Under the pieces are notes generated by a model. It was not told the DNA's origin, ran no database searches, and was given only the letters and a program-made list of their open reading frames with translations. From positions 10,489-35,202 of the forward strand of contig CAYWQZ010000001.1 of the NCBI GenBank assembly GCA_964460565.1: a stretch of DNA of 24,714 nt. Reading direction: 5' to 3'. Shown here in pieces: positions 1 to 10,102 of the stretch; positions within the stretch are counted from its first letter, which is position 1, and the number at the start of each line of letters is the position of its first letter. The translations under genes and the position numbers were made by a program. This stretch comes from an uncultured Mycoplasma sp. (GTDB lineage Bacteria > Bacillota_I > Bacilli_A > RF39 > UBA660).

Positions 1-24
1 ATAATGTTTCTTATTTTTACTCAT
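1..24 (-). CDS. 5' end of next tail gene (probably tail assembly chaperone), truncated by window edge
   Basis: ATG at 24..22 (MSKNKKHY...) preceded by AGGAGG at 37..32, directly after the major tail gene. Product inferred from position only. Confidence 0.5.
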
Positions 25-35
25 TATTTATCCTC

Positions 36-653
36 CTATTCATTTTCTACTACTGGTTCAGGTTCTTGTACTTCTTCAAAAAAGTTTTCTATCTTTTCCG
101 TATTTACATCTGTGGCATCTGTATCTATCATCATCCTCCAATTACCATCACTTTCTCGATCATAGAATTTACCTTTAATTTTAGCAGTTTTACTGTTAGG
201 TTTTTCTCCTTTAGTTTCATACTCATCTTCTATTTCAGAAAACTTACCTTTATACAATACGCAATAACGATATACTGGTTTTGATTTAGTGCTTGTTGAT
301 TTTTCACTTCTAAATAATAAAGCAAGTTTTGGTGGAATATCTCCACTATTTTCAACAAGTTCTCCTTTATTATATTTTTTACCTAAAAGTAAGGCACGAT
401 GTTCTAATGATAGAGCATTTTGTTCTATTTCTACTTCACATCCAGCAAATGCTGATAACTCATCTTCCACGCCATCATCACTATACAATGTTTCACTATT
501 AACACTTGGTGTTATTTTAGCAGTTATCGCTCTACTAATTTTTATTGGTATATCATACACTGTTCCACTTGAACCATCACTTTTTATAATCGCAACGTGT
601 ACATCTTTAAGACCTATTTGTCTTGGTACTACTGATTTATTTTCTACAGACAT
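36..653 (-). CDS. Major tail (tube) protein, phi13-like family
   Basis: RQIGLKDVHVA N-terminus, LYSDDG and YKGKF motifs; position after tail-completion gene. ATG at 653 follows AGGAGG (669..664), preferred over the TTG at 662. Confidence 0.88.
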   Translation of the reverse strand: MSVENKSVVPRQIGLKDVHVAIIKSDGSSGTVYDIPIKISRAITAKITPSVNSETLYSDDGVEDELSAFAGCEVEIEQNALSLEHRALLLGKKYNKGELVENSGDIPPKLALLFRSEKSTSTKSKPVYRYCVLYKGKFSEIEDEYETKGEKPNSKTAKIKGKFYDRESDGNWRMMIDTDATDVNTEKIENFFEEVQEPEPVVENE

Positions 654-654
654 T

Positions 655-993
655 TTATTCAACCTCCTTTATATTTTCTAATTTGAAACGAAATGCCTTA
701 TGATACATTTTTGTATCTATTTCATATATATCTTCTTCATCATCAATATAAAAATCTTCACTTTCCATCGCTATGAAGATTTCCTTTTCTAATTCTTTAT
801 ATTTTGGATTTTTTGTCCATAAATCTACCTGGACTATATAAATCGCTTTGTTTATTTCATCTTCTGAATAATCATATTCATAGTCATATTCAAAAAAAGT
901 TATATAAGTTTCTGGTGGATCAGTAATTTTTCTATAACCACTTGGAACTGATACTTTATCGAGTGCTTTTTTAGTCTTCTCTCTTATAGTCAT
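655..993 (-). CDS. Tail completion/terminator protein
   Basis: 112 aa, acidic, with YITFFEY, VQVDLWTK and YEIDTKMYHKAFRF motifs; lies between HK97-gp10-like gene and major tail gene; ATGA overlap with upstream stop. Confidence 0.75.
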   Translation of the reverse strand: MTIREKTKKALDKVSVPSGYRKITDPPETYITFFEYDYEYDYSEDEINKAIYIVQVDLWTKNPKYKELEKEIFIAMESEDFYIDDEEDIYEIDTKMYHKAFRFKLENIKEVE

Positions 994-1406
994 AGTCCTA
1001 GTTCCTTTCGTATTCTTTCTGAAAAAACATTAAAACATTTCACTTTATTTTTACTCATAGATTTATTAAGAAATGGTTGTTTAGGATACTTCTCATTTGA
1101 TTTACCCCATTCAACGAATTTAGCATAATAAAAATTACTATTATCAGATTTTTCCCAACCATATTCGATAGCCCTAAAGTCATTTTCTCTAACTAACTTT
1201 AATGGTATATTATCTGCCATATGTCCATTACCACTACCTCTATGTCCTTTTTTATTTCTAGGTGCTGTTCTTTTAGCAGTTTCATATGCTGGTTGTATTG
1301 CTTCCATTAAAGCATCATCAACTATACTGCTTTGTAGGACTTCATCCATCTTATTTAAATCTTTTATAATTGCATCTAGTCCATCAAAATCAAGCCTTGC
1401 ACTCAT
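990..1406 (-). CDS. HK97 gp10-like tail/neck component
   Basis: LDFDGLD start, AP..R...GHMADNI, FYYAKFVEWG and PKQPFL motifs typical of this family; synteny. Confidence 0.85.
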   Translation of the reverse strand: MSARLDFDGLDAIIKDLNKMDEVLQSSIVDDALMEAIQPAYETAKRTAPRNKKGHRGSGNGHMADNIPLKLVRENDFRAIEYGWEKSDNSNFYYAKFVEWGKSNEKYPKQPFLNKSMSKNKVKCFNVFSERIRKELGL

Positions 1407-1725
1407 ATATTTTTTCTCCTTTTGTAATCAATTTTATATAATTATCATCAACTTCACATATATCTAGCACTTCATATATGCGATTCTGATACACTACTCT
1501 AATATTACTAGAGAATAAGGACATATAATTTTTTCTAATTGTCATATTAGTTTCAACCTGTGTAATAGTAGCATTATCTTCGGTAGTAGTTCTTACTATT
1601 TTGTTTTCAAATGATGCAAAGATTGTTCTTAACTCACACCATTTCATTATTTCTATGCCTTCGCTATCTATTGTTTTTTCATACTTTTCTATGGTTATCT
1701 TTTTATTAAGTTTACCTGGATTCAT
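1390..1725 (-). CDS. Head-tail adaptor/head closure protein (SPP1 gp16-like)
   Basis: MNPGKLNKKITIE start, TIR and RVVYQNRIYEVLDI motifs. ATG at 1725 with AAGGA upstream, so the ORF-track start at 1764 is probably too long. Confidence 0.85.
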   Translation of the reverse strand: MNPGKLNKKITIEKYEKTIDSEGIEIMKWCELRTIFASFENKIVRTTTEDNATITQVETNMTIRKNYMSLFSSNIRVVYQNRIYEVLDICEVDDNYIKLITKGEKIYECKA

Positions 1726-1990
1726 TATTATCCTTACAATATCTAATTTGAAATATAATTGCATCTAGGCTATGCTTTATTTCATCATTCACTTTTCCAA
1801 CCAATGTTCTATTATCATTCCAATGCTCTATTAAAATCAATTGTGCTAAATCTGTTAATTCATTTGATTTATATTCTCCACAAGCATTTTCCAAATAAAT
1901 TATAGATGCTTTTATTAGAGACTTTATAAATTCATCATCTTCATCATAATCAATTCTTAAATAAGATTTAGCTTTTTTTAAATCCACCAT
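1712..1990 (-). CDS. Head-tail connector (HK97 gp6/SPP1 gp15-like)
   Basis: LKKAKSYLRIDYDEDDEFIKSLI and LILIEHWNDNR motifs; directly downstream of capsid gene. Confidence 0.88.
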   Translation of the reverse strand: MVDLKKAKSYLRIDYDEDDEFIKSLIKASIIYLENACGEYKSNELTDLAQLILIEHWNDNRTLVGKVNDEIKHSLDAIIFQIRYCKDNNESR

Positions 1991-2013
1991 TTTATCATCT
2001 CCTTATAATTTTA

Positions 2014-2038
2014 AAGAGAAGCTTTTTTTGCTTCTCTT
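2014..2038 (-). terminator. Hairpin after the capsid gene (probable partial terminator or mRNA stabiliser)
   Basis: Perfect 9-bp inverted repeat AAGAGAAGC-N7-GCTTCTCTT overlapping the capsid stop; weak U-tract. Confidence 0.6.
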
Positions 2039-3287
2039 ATTCTGTTATTTCTTGGCTATCATCAGGATTACCTGAATTAACTGGAGTTGTTGGTGTAACA
2101 CTTGCATTCGCTACTTCTGTTACATTTTTAACATAAACTATTGGTTGTTCAGTTGATTTAGTTAATTTAATGTTTAAGTATGAATTAGTATCTTTAGTTA
2201 CAACATCATCTCTTTGAATAGCACGAATTAATGTTAAATTTTTAGTAAAACCTGCTTCTTTTGATACAGCAAGTGCCATTTCCTCTCTATCCATAAACTT
2301 AACCGCTTCTTCAAGGTTTCCAATATATACTGGAGATGCATCATTTTCATCCGGAATATTTGTATTGGCATACACTTCAATATTAATTCCACTAAGCATT
2401 TTCTTTGTAGGATCTTGTGGATTTGGTTGTAATATTGGTTTCCCAGTTGCATCTACCCATTGATCCATAATATCAAATCCATTTTGATTAGTAATAATTA
2501 CTGTTCCTGTTAATAATTCTGGATCAAGTTTAGTATTTATTGCTGATTTTATTTCTGCGTGTGTACTTGCATTTAATTTAATACCATTATCTTTTAAGAT
2601 AGCAAGTATTTTTCTATTATCAGTAATTACTGATTTTCTCGCTAACCATTTATTGATGTATTTTACAAGTCCACCTTTTTCATCTGATAATAATGTGTTT
2701 GAAATTGGTAATATTCCACCTTTATCAGTAATCGCAAATTTTTGTTGCTTTAATGTTGGTGACATCAATTCGCCGATTTCCGTTGCTTCTGTAATATCAA
2801 CGAATGGTTCAATAGTATCTCCATTTTCATAAACAAATGAACCACTTGTTGTACTTGTTGGTTGAACATCTACGAATTGTTTTAATGGTTTATACTGTCT
2901 TTTTAATTCATTAATTTCTGTGAAGATATCTTGAGGAATTATAACAGCTACACTGTTTTGATCCTCTCCTGGTGTAGAAGTTTCTACTAATACATCTCTT
3001 TCTTCTTTTGAAAGTGTCTTACCTTGTAAAAATTTTACTAGTGCTGCTCTTGTTTCAACTTTCTTTTTTGGTGTACTTCTATTTTCTACTTCTACAACCT
3101 CATTATTTTCACTTATAGTTTCTTCTAATGCTTCTACTTCTTCTTCAAGAACGATTTTATCTTTTATTTCTTGAGCTTCTTTTGTAGCATTTTGTCCTTC
3201 TTCAATTTTACCTGCATCAATTAATTCTCTTGCTTCTTTTAACTTTTCAGTTAACTTTCTTCTTAATTCAATTAAATTTTTATTCAT
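2037..3287 (-). CDS. Major capsid protein, HK97 fold with N-terminal coiled-coil delta domain
   Basis: Charged helical N-terminal ~110 aa, IIPQDIFTEINEL, ILPISNTLLSD and ITNQNGF motifs; follows the prohead protease. Confidence 0.93.
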   Translation of the reverse strand: MNKNLIELRRKLTEKLKEARELIDAGKIEEGQNATKEAQEIKDKIVLEEEVEALEETISENNEVVEVENRSTPKKKVETRAALVKFLQGKTLSKEERDVLVETSTPGEDQNSVAVIIPQDIFTEINELKRQYKPLKQFVDVQPTSTTSGSFVYENGDTIEPFVDITEATEIGELMSPTLKQQKFAITDKGGILPISNTLLSDEKGGLVKYINKWLARKSVITDNRKILAILKDNGIKLNASTHAEIKSAINTKLDPELLTGTVIITNQNGFDIMDQWVDATGKPILQPNPQDPTKKMLSGINIEVYANTNIPDENDASPVYIGNLEEAVKFMDREEMALAVSKEAGFTKNLTLIRAIQRDDVVTKDTNSYLNIKLTKSTEQPIVYVKNVTEVANASVTPTTPVNSGNPDDSQEITE

Positions 3288-3302
3288 CTTTTTTCCTCTT
3301 TT

Positions 3303-3914
3303 CTATATTTTTAATAATTCAATCATGGCATTTACTTGTGCCTTTTTAAGTTCATCAAGAACTCTTTCTTCTCTAGTCTTTAGATTATTTTCTTCTAATG
3401 ACCTTTTTCCTACTTCGCTTGTTGGATAAGCCGGAAATGGTGTTGGAGATATTTCAATCAAATCAATATCTAACAATGTACGTTCATATACATCTTCTTC
3501 TTTCAAGTATTCCCACTTATCGCCATTTTCTCTGATATAAAATCCGAACGAAACACCATCAACATCTCCTCTTTTGATTGATTCGTAGATATCTTTTGCT
3601 TGACTACTATTTGGTAGTTCTAAATCGAAACGTAATCCCACATCATCTTCAATAAGTTTTAATGTATTGGATTTGGTACTTCCTAAAACAATATCAGAGT
3701 TATGATTCCATAATGCTTTAATGGTATTTTGCTCTAAACTTTTAGCAAAGGCGCCTTTAGCAACCCTTTCATACCATTCATCATATAAAAGGCTACTTCG
3801 TTCATTAAACTTAACGACATATCCTTTTATCGCCATCACATCTGGATTAGTATCTTCTCTAATTGATAAGCTCATCGCAGGAATATATCTTATTTCCTTA
3901 ACCATTTTCTTCAT
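3303..3914 (-). CDS. HK97-family prohead protease
   Basis: IKGYVVKFN, ERVAKGAF, LWNH, GLRF, SFGF and EISPTPFPAYP motifs. AGGAGG at 3928..3923 supports a start at 3914 or 3917. Confidence 0.93.
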   Translation of the reverse strand: MKKMVKEIRYIPAMSLSIREDTNPDVMAIKGYVVKFNERSSLLYDEWYERVAKGAFAKSLEQNTIKALWNHNSDIVLGSTKSNTLKLIEDDVGLRFDLELPNSSQAKDIYESIKRGDVDGVSFGFYIRENGDKWEYLKEEDVYERTLLDIDLIEISPTPFPAYPTSEVGKRSLEENNLKTREERVLDELKKAQVNAMIELLKI

Positions 3915-5265
3915 CATTACCACCTCCTTTTTCTTTTTCATCTATGGTTTCATTCGAATCATTCTGATTATCATCTGGAGGCTTATCCTCCATATTTTCT
4001 TTCTTTTCATCTTTTATTTTTACTTTTTGTTTTTGATATTCATTCATAAGATCAATATCTATGTAATTAAGCGACATATAGTGTTTATCGCCATTTTTTA
4101 TCTTATCTTTATCTTCTAGTTCTCTCACTTCATTAATAGAATAAATACCTAGATTTATCATTTTTTCATAATAAGCAGCACGATTTGTGCTATCTCCTCT
4201 TAACAACGAATTTAGGTTAAACTTGAAATAAAATCTTTTTACAAGTATTTCTTCTTCTGTAAATAATTGGTATTGAAGTTCTTGTTCCCAACTTATTAAA
4301 AGTGGTGATAATGTATCTCTTACAAACTCTAATGATTGTTGTTCTATATTTGAAAATGTCGCTCTTTCTAAATCTGCCAACATATGTGGTGGAACATTAA
4401 AAATACGAGTTATTTCTGCTATTGAAAACTTTTGAGTTTCTATATACTGGGCATCACATTGCTTTATTCCAAGTGATTGATAATCTAATCCAGCATCAAG
4501 TATTGCAACTCTATGGCTATTATCAAGACCATTATTAAACTTTTCCCACTCTTGCCTTATAACTTGTTTTGCTTCCGGTTTTAGAGATTGTGGAACTTTT
4601 AATACACCACTACTCATTGTTCCATTAGAATAAAATTTGCCAGTGAACTTTTGCCCTGCAATTTGTATTCCTATTGTTTCTCTTGCAACATCGATTGGAC
4701 TTTTACCAGTAATTCCATTTGTTGATAAACCTCTTATATGCAAAACACTAGTATATGGAAGATTAACAACCTTACCATTAACTAGTGTTGTTTGAACTAA
4801 ATATCTTTTTAAATTGCCTTGATTATCTTTTTCCATAACAACTTTCGTTACTAATGGATTAAGTATCCATAATGCTTTAGGATAACCATCACGTCCCCAT
4901 TCGATTTCAGCATATGCATTTCCATATAATTGCCTATGTGCTTCCATCGTTTGTTTGAACTGAAATGGTGTCATATACGGATTAGGTCTTGTTTCTATTA
5001 TTTTTGCTATCGGATGATCGTGTATTCTTTTCTTTTTTCCTCTAACTTCTTGATATAGTTGAAGTGGTAACATTGCTACATGATTTGATAAGATTCTTAT
5101 ACAAGCATATACCGCTGCGATATTCATAGCTGTTTCTGTCGTTACACTTTCTCCTGCATATGTTTCTTTTCCACCTATTAAATTAATAAGCCATTTATTA
5201 GGTGTATCAAGTGTGCTAGTATCCGTTGATTTTTCTTGTCTTTTCTCTATTTTTCTAAATAACAT
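3898..5265 (-). CDS. HK97-family portal protein
   Basis: AVYACIRILS, PNPYMT, GNAYAEI, VLHIRG, FNVPPHML and SNIEQQSLEF motifs; acidic C-terminal tail. Confidence 0.95.
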   Translation of the reverse strand: MLFRKIEKRQEKSTDTSTLDTPNKWLINLIGGKETYAGESVTTETAMNIAAVYACIRILSNHVAMLPLQLYQEVRGKKKRIHDHPIAKIIETRPNPYMTPFQFKQTMEAHRQLYGNAYAEIEWGRDGYPKALWILNPLVTKVVMEKDNQGNLKRYLVQTTLVNGKVVNLPYTSVLHIRGLSTNGITGKSPIDVARETIGIQIAGQKFTGKFYSNGTMSSGVLKVPQSLKPEAKQVIRQEWEKFNNGLDNSHRVAILDAGLDYQSLGIKQCDAQYIETQKFSIAEITRIFNVPPHMLADLERATFSNIEQQSLEFVRDTLSPLLISWEQELQYQLFTEEEILVKRFYFKFNLNSLLRGDSTNRAAYYEKMINLGIYSINEVRELEDKDKIKNGDKHYMSLNYIDIDLMNEYQKQKVKIKDEKKENMEDKPPDDNQNDSNETIDEKEKGGGNDEENG

Positions 5266-5275
5266 TTAGTCCACC

Positions 5276-5470
5276 TCATTTCAATATTTTTGATAAAATA
5301 ATGCCTATCCATAAAAGAACTAAACCTTGTACAAATAATCCAACTTTTATGTTTACTAAATAGGCGGCTATAACGATTGAAATAAGACCACAGAGAATTA
5401 ATATATCTTCAATATAGCTACACAAAAAAACGAACCTATCTTTAGTTCGCTCACTAATTTTTTTTGCCAT
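5276..5470 (-). CDS. Small two-helix membrane protein between terminase and portal
   Basis: Two hydrophobic segments (ILILCGLISIVIAAYLV; VGLFVQGLVLLWIGIILS); AAAGGAG RBS supports ATG at 5470. Confidence 0.7.
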   Translation of the reverse strand: MAKKISERTKDRFVFLCSYIEDILILCGLISIVIAAYLVNIKVGLFVQGLVLLWIGIILSKILK

Positions 5471-5486
5471 TTTTTTATTCTCCTTT

Positions 5487-7028
5487 CTAAAATCCAAATC
5501 CTTCACTTAATATGTGTTTATTAATATCTACTTCGCCATTATCAATTCGTGCTAATGTATGACTAATTATCATTGCAGCTGCTGGATCTATTCTGAACCT
5601 TGTCTTACTCTTATCTAGCATTTTATTTTCATTAGCATCCATCTTGGCAATAGCATTACTTACTGCCCAAGTTAGAACTGGATTTTTATTTGTAATTATT
5701 CTTTTTTGTAATACCAAAGCTTCTACATCTTTTGTTGGTTCAGATAATGTCAACATTCCTTGTCTTACTTCTACCATAACAAATCCTTCTTTTTCCATAT
5801 CAGTCGCAAATTGAGTTGCATTGTAAGGATCATATCCTATCTGTATTACTGGATATATTAGATTTAATTCTGATATGTATTTTTTTATATATTCATAGTC
5901 CACAACATCACCTTCTGTGGCTGTTATATAGCCTTGTTTTATCCAAAGGTTATATGGTACTCTATCTTGTTTTTCTCTTTCTAAAACTCGATTTTTTGGC
6001 ATAAAACTGTGTGAAAGCATGACATATTCTCCATTATCCATTCTAAACTCTACATTCACGCTAGTAAGGTCTATTTTACTAGATAAATCTATACCAATCG
6101 TGCAAGGATGTCCTCTTATTAATTCAAAATCAAATTCTCTATCACTTGCTTTCCATTTTTTCATATCCATCCATGCAACTTCTCCATTTACCCATTGATT
6201 TAGGTATAATCTTCGAAATGTTGCTTCTGCTGTTGGTATTTCTTTGGCTCTTACTGCAAGTTGTCGCATTTCTTCAATCTTTCTAAATACCCCAAGCGCC
6301 GGATTTGCCAAGTACCATACTTTTTCATCATAAATATTAGCATCTTCTGGTGCTTCGTATATTACTGGATAAAAAGTTTTATCTTCCACTACGTGTTCTA
6401 ATATTTTTTTGGAATATTCATATAGTTCATAGCATACTGTTCCTGTTTCCACACCTGCTGTTGTTATAGATATAAAAAGTGGTTGTCTACGAGCACCTTG
6501 ACTGGTTTTCATTAAGTCATACAATTTTCTATTTTTGGATGCGTGGATTTCATCATATATAACTATGTGCGCATTAAATCCATCTTTTGTATTTGTATCT
6601 GCGGATATTGCTTTATAAAATGAATTAGTTTCTAATCTAACAATTTTCTTTTGTGATTCTAGTATCTTACACTTTTTGAATAGAGCTTTATTCATTCTTA
6701 TCATTGCTGCTGCCGCATTAAAAACTTTTGATGCCTGTTCTCTATCATTTGCACATGAATATATTTCTGCTCCATATTCATCATCCATAAATAAAAAATA
6801 TACCAGCATTGCTGCTATAAGTTCGGTTTTACCATTTTTTCTTGGTAGGAATATAAAAGCTTCACGATATTGTCTAGTTCCATCTTCGTTTAATGTTCCA
6901 ATTAAATCTTTAACTATCTTTTCTTGAAATTCCATCAAATTAAATGGTTTCCTAGCGAATTCTCCTTGAGTATGTTTTAAAAGTTTAATGAAACGAACTG
7001 CTTGATTGGCTTTCTTCTCATTAAACAT
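5487..7028 (-). CDS. terL: Terminase large subunit
   Basis: Walker A PRKNGKT, Walker B IVIYDEIH, ITTAG coupling motif, nuclease GIDLS and YDPYNA motifs. Confidence 0.96.
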   Translation of the reverse strand: MFNEKKANQAVRFIKLLKHTQGEFARKPFNLMEFQEKIVKDLIGTLNEDGTRQYREAFIFLPRKNGKTELIAAMLVYFLFMDDEYGAEIYSCANDREQASKVFNAAAAMIRMNKALFKKCKILESQKKIVRLETNSFYKAISADTNTKDGFNAHIVIYDEIHASKNRKLYDLMKTSQGARRQPLFISITTAGVETGTVCYELYEYSKKILEHVVEDKTFYPVIYEAPEDANIYDEKVWYLANPALGVFRKIEEMRQLAVRAKEIPTAEATFRRLYLNQWVNGEVAWMDMKKWKASDREFDFELIRGHPCTIGIDLSSKIDLTSVNVEFRMDNGEYVMLSHSFMPKNRVLEREKQDRVPYNLWIKQGYITATEGDVVDYEYIKKYISELNLIYPVIQIGYDPYNATQFATDMEKEGFVMVEVRQGMLTLSEPTKDVEALVLQKRIITNKNPVLTWAVSNAIAKMDANENKMLDKSKTRFRIDPAAAMIISHTLARIDNGEVDINKHILSEGFGF

Positions 7029-7029
7029 A

Positions 7030-7527
7030 CTAATCGTTCTCCTTTAACAAGTCCTCCATTTCATCATCAAAATCATCTCCTGGAAGTTGCATTCTTCCAC
7101 GACTGCTTGGTGTTAGCCCAAATTCTGTCATGAATTCTTTTGCTAGTTTTAAGTATCTATGTGCTATCGAAACTTGAGGTATTTGTTGAACATATCCTGA
7201 TGGTGTTTTGATGATTGTACTTTGGGCTTTATCAATTTGCTGTTCAGCTTCTTTATATCTACTCCAACATTTGCAATAAGCTTCTAATGCAGATGTATCA
7301 TTGACTTTTAATAATCCTATATCTGCTAAAATAGGAGCAACTCGTTCCCATTCAGCTTTTGCAATTGGGTTATTCTTTATCCATTCTGGTGCTTCTATTA
7401 CATCTCCCGGTTCTATTTTTTTTACACTATTTTCTAATTCTATGCGTTCTGTGATGTCACGCTTACCGGGATTTTCATTCATTATATGAATAACTGTTGG
7501 TTTTGGTTTTGGTCCTGTTTGTGACAT
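7030..7527 (-). CDS. terS: Terminase small subunit (P27-like family)
   Basis: GPKPKPT, GNPGKR-like ENPGKR, APEW, AKAEWER, ALEAYC and EFGLTPSSR motifs; directly upstream of terL. Confidence 0.93.
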   Translation of the reverse strand: MSQTGPKPKPTVIHIMNENPGKRDITERIELENSVKKIEPGDVIEAPEWIKNNPIAKAEWERVAPILADIGLLKVNDTSALEAYCKCWSRYKEAEQQIDKAQSTIIKTPSGYVQQIPQVSIAHRYLKLAKEFMTEFGLTPSSRGRMQLPGDDFDDEMEDLLKEND

Positions 7528-7547
7528 CTTTTATCCCTCCTATACTT

Positions 7548-8744
7548 TTACCATTCTTCTGTATCTACATATTCTTCAATAGCATCTACCTTATCTAATT
7601 TTTCCCATGTATAATTTTGATTTCTAAAATGACATCCTTTTGCAACTTCACTATATTTAACAATTCCATCTAACAATCCTAATTCATTTATAATTCCATT
7701 TGGTGTTAAATCAAATTGTTGTTTTACCAATTCTTCTAATCTTTCATTATCATTTGGATTATTCGATTCTATTCTTACAGAACAAGGTTCATTTTCTCCT
7801 ATTATGTAAGATAGTTGTACTTCACATCTTTCTGCTAGTTCAGCTGCTACGATGTTTTTAGCAATGTATCTTGCCATATACGCAGCTGTTCTATCTACTT
7901 TGGATGGATCCTTACCTGAAAAAGCACCTCCACCATGTCTGAAATAACCACCATATGTATCACATATAATCTTTCTTCCAGTTACACCTGTATCAGCAGC
8001 TGGACCGCCTTTTACAAATCTTCCGGTTGGATTTATTAAAACTTTGAAACTTTCACTTTTAAATCCTGTTAAGGAGTCATCTAAATCATTTTCTATAAAC
8101 TCTTTAATTGCTGGATTTAATATTTCACTTATCAATGTAATTTTAACAATATCATCATCAATATCTGAATGATTAGCGGACAACACAACTTTCTTGATTG
8201 ATGAAGGGACATTGTTGATATATTTAATTGTGACCTGACACTTTGCATCTGGCTTTAATATATCAGTTCCATTTTCTTTTATAAAATCATTATATTTATC
8301 CATTATTTTTGTTGCTAATGCAATTGGTACTGGTAAGTAATTATTTGTTTCTAATACTGCTCCACCAAACATCATACCTTGATCACCAGCACCACCATTA
8401 TCTACACCTAAAGCGATATCATCTGATTGTTTATGAATAAATATTCCAATGTCCAAGTTATCAAATGAAAATCCCATCTCTTTTTCTGTATAGCCTATCT
8501 CCTTAATCTTTCTTTTAGCAACTTCAATTATAATTTCATTGTTAATAATTGCATCAGTTGTTATTTCTCCTGCTATAACTAAAACATTTTCTGTTGCTAA
8601 ACATTCGATTGCAACTCTAGATTTCTTATCATAAGCAAGACAATAATCTAATATTGCATCACTTATTTGGTCACATACTTTATCTGGATGTCCTGCTGAC
8701 ACTGCTTCACTTGTAAAATAGGATACTCTCTTTTTCTTATTCAT
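7548..8744 (-). CDS. metK: S-adenosylmethionine synthetase (phage-borne)
   Basis: FTSEAVSAGHPDK, GAGDQG, PDAKCQVT, GGPAADTGVTGRKII and GGGAFSGKDPSKVDR signatures all intact. Confidence 0.96.
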   Translation of the reverse strand: MNKKKRVSYFTSEAVSAGHPDKVCDQISDAILDYCLAYDKKSRVAIECLATENVLVIAGEITTDAIINNEIIIEVAKRKIKEIGYTEKEMGFSFDNLDIGIFIHKQSDDIALGVDNGGAGDQGMMFGGAVLETNNYLPVPIALATKIMDKYNDFIKENGTDILKPDAKCQVTIKYINNVPSSIKKVVLSANHSDIDDDIVKITLISEILNPAIKEFIENDLDDSLTGFKSESFKVLINPTGRFVKGGPAADTGVTGRKIICDTYGGYFRHGGGAFSGKDPSKVDRTAAYMARYIAKNIVAAELAERCEVQLSYIIGENEPCSVRIESNNPNDNERLEELVKQQFDLTPNGIINELGLLDGIVKYSEVAKGCHFRNQNYTWEKLDKVDAIEEYVDTEEW

Positions 8745-10071
8745 CTTTTATTCCTCCCATAGCTTCTTCGTATGAATATTCTTTACCATCTCTTATTAGT
8801 TTTATTGTATCGGCATTTCCAATAAATTGAAGATACCTTTTTACAATTACATCAACATATTTCTCATCAAGTTCTATTGAATAACACTTTCTTCCTAATT
8901 GTTCTGCTGTAATAATACTTGAACCAGAACCACCAAAAGGATCTAATACAATATCATCTCTTTTACTTGAATTAAGCATTAATTTTGCAAGTAATGATAT
9001 TGGCTTCATCGTAGGATGTTCATCACTTCTTGTTGGTTTATCATTATAAATGACTGAACTATTCTCATTACTACTTTCAATTATCTTTTGAAATAATTCT
9101 ACAAGTTCAGGTTTAGACATCTTTTTAGGATTAATTTGTATAAAATCATCTATCACTGTATCTTTATCTCTATCTCCATACCACTTATGACTTGCGCCTG
9201 GTTTCCATCCATACAAAATTGGTTCATGTCGCCAGTTATAATCCTGTCTTGATAAGACCATTCCATTTTTTACCCACACAAGACATTGTTTTAAATCAAA
9301 GCCTGCATCTTTTAATGCTTTTCTAAAATTAACACCTTCCACATCACTATGGAATACATAAATTGGAGACCCTGGCTTACACGATTCAAATGACCTCAAA
9401 TAAAATCCAAATAAAAAACGATAGAAACTTTCGCTATCGCTAAAATTATCATTCTTTATTTTCTTGCCATCTCCTGATTCATAGTCTACATTATATGGTG
9501 GATCAGTAATTATTAAATCCGCTTGTTCTTTTTCGAATAGTTTGATATATGTTTCTTTGATTGTAGAGTCGCCACATATAAGTTTATGATTTCCTAATAA
9601 CCATATATCTCCTTGCTTTGAATATGGAACTTTTGGAATATTATTTTCTAAATCAAAGTTATCTTCTTTGACTTCATCTTTTACAAACATCTTTGTATAT
9701 TCTTCAACATCAAATCCTGTTAATTCCATAACCCCTACTGTATTTAACTCATCTAATAATACGCCTAACTTTTCCATATCCCATTCGCCACTTATTTTAT
9801 TAAGTGCAACATTCAAGGCTTTTTCATCTTCTTTGGATAAATCAACAACTACACATTCAGCTTCTTCTGTACCTAAAGCTTTCATAACTGTGGCTCTTTG
9901 ATGTCCTCCAATAATTGTTCCATCTTTGTTAATGATAATTGGATCAACATATCCAAAATGAAGAATACTATTTTTTATTTTTTCGTATTCAGCATCTCCT
10001 GGTTTTAGTTCTTTTCTAGGATTATATTCTGCTGGTTTTAAATCTACTAATTTTCTTTTTTCTATATTCAT
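8737..10071 (-). CDS. ParB-like N-terminal domain fused to beta-class amino (N6-A/N4-C) DNA methyltransferase
   Basis: YNPRK...GYVDPII...GHQR ParB-like region; catalytic DPPY precedes HPTMKP and the SAM-binding DPFGGSGS (beta order). Overlaps the metK start by 8 nt. Confidence 0.92.
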   Translation of the reverse strand: MNIEKRKLVDLKPAEYNPRKELKPGDAEYEKIKNSILHFGYVDPIIINKDGTIIGGHQRATVMKALGTEEAECVVVDLSKEDEKALNVALNKISGEWDMEKLGVLLDELNTVGVMELTGFDVEEYTKMFVKDEVKEDNFDLENNIPKVPYSKQGDIWLLGNHKLICGDSTIKETYIKLFEKEQADLIITDPPYNVDYESGDGKKIKNDNFSDSESFYRFLFGFYLRSFESCKPGSPIYVFHSDVEGVNFRKALKDAGFDLKQCLVWVKNGMVLSRQDYNWRHEPILYGWKPGASHKWYGDRDKDTVIDDFIQINPKKMSKPELVELFQKIIESSNENSSVIYNDKPTRSDEHPTMKPISLLAKLMLNSSKRDDIVLDPFGGSGSSIITAEQLGRKCYSIELDEKYVDVIVKRYLQFIGNADTIKLIRDGKEYSYEEAMGGIKDE

Positions 10072-10102
10072 ATTTTATCCTTTCTAAATAAAAAAAATGG
10101 AA

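Noticed and set aside
36-3287. Programmed frameshift extensions of capsid or major tail protein
   Set aside because: No convincing slippery site with an extended downstream frame at either 3' end; both are followed closely by the next gene's RBS.
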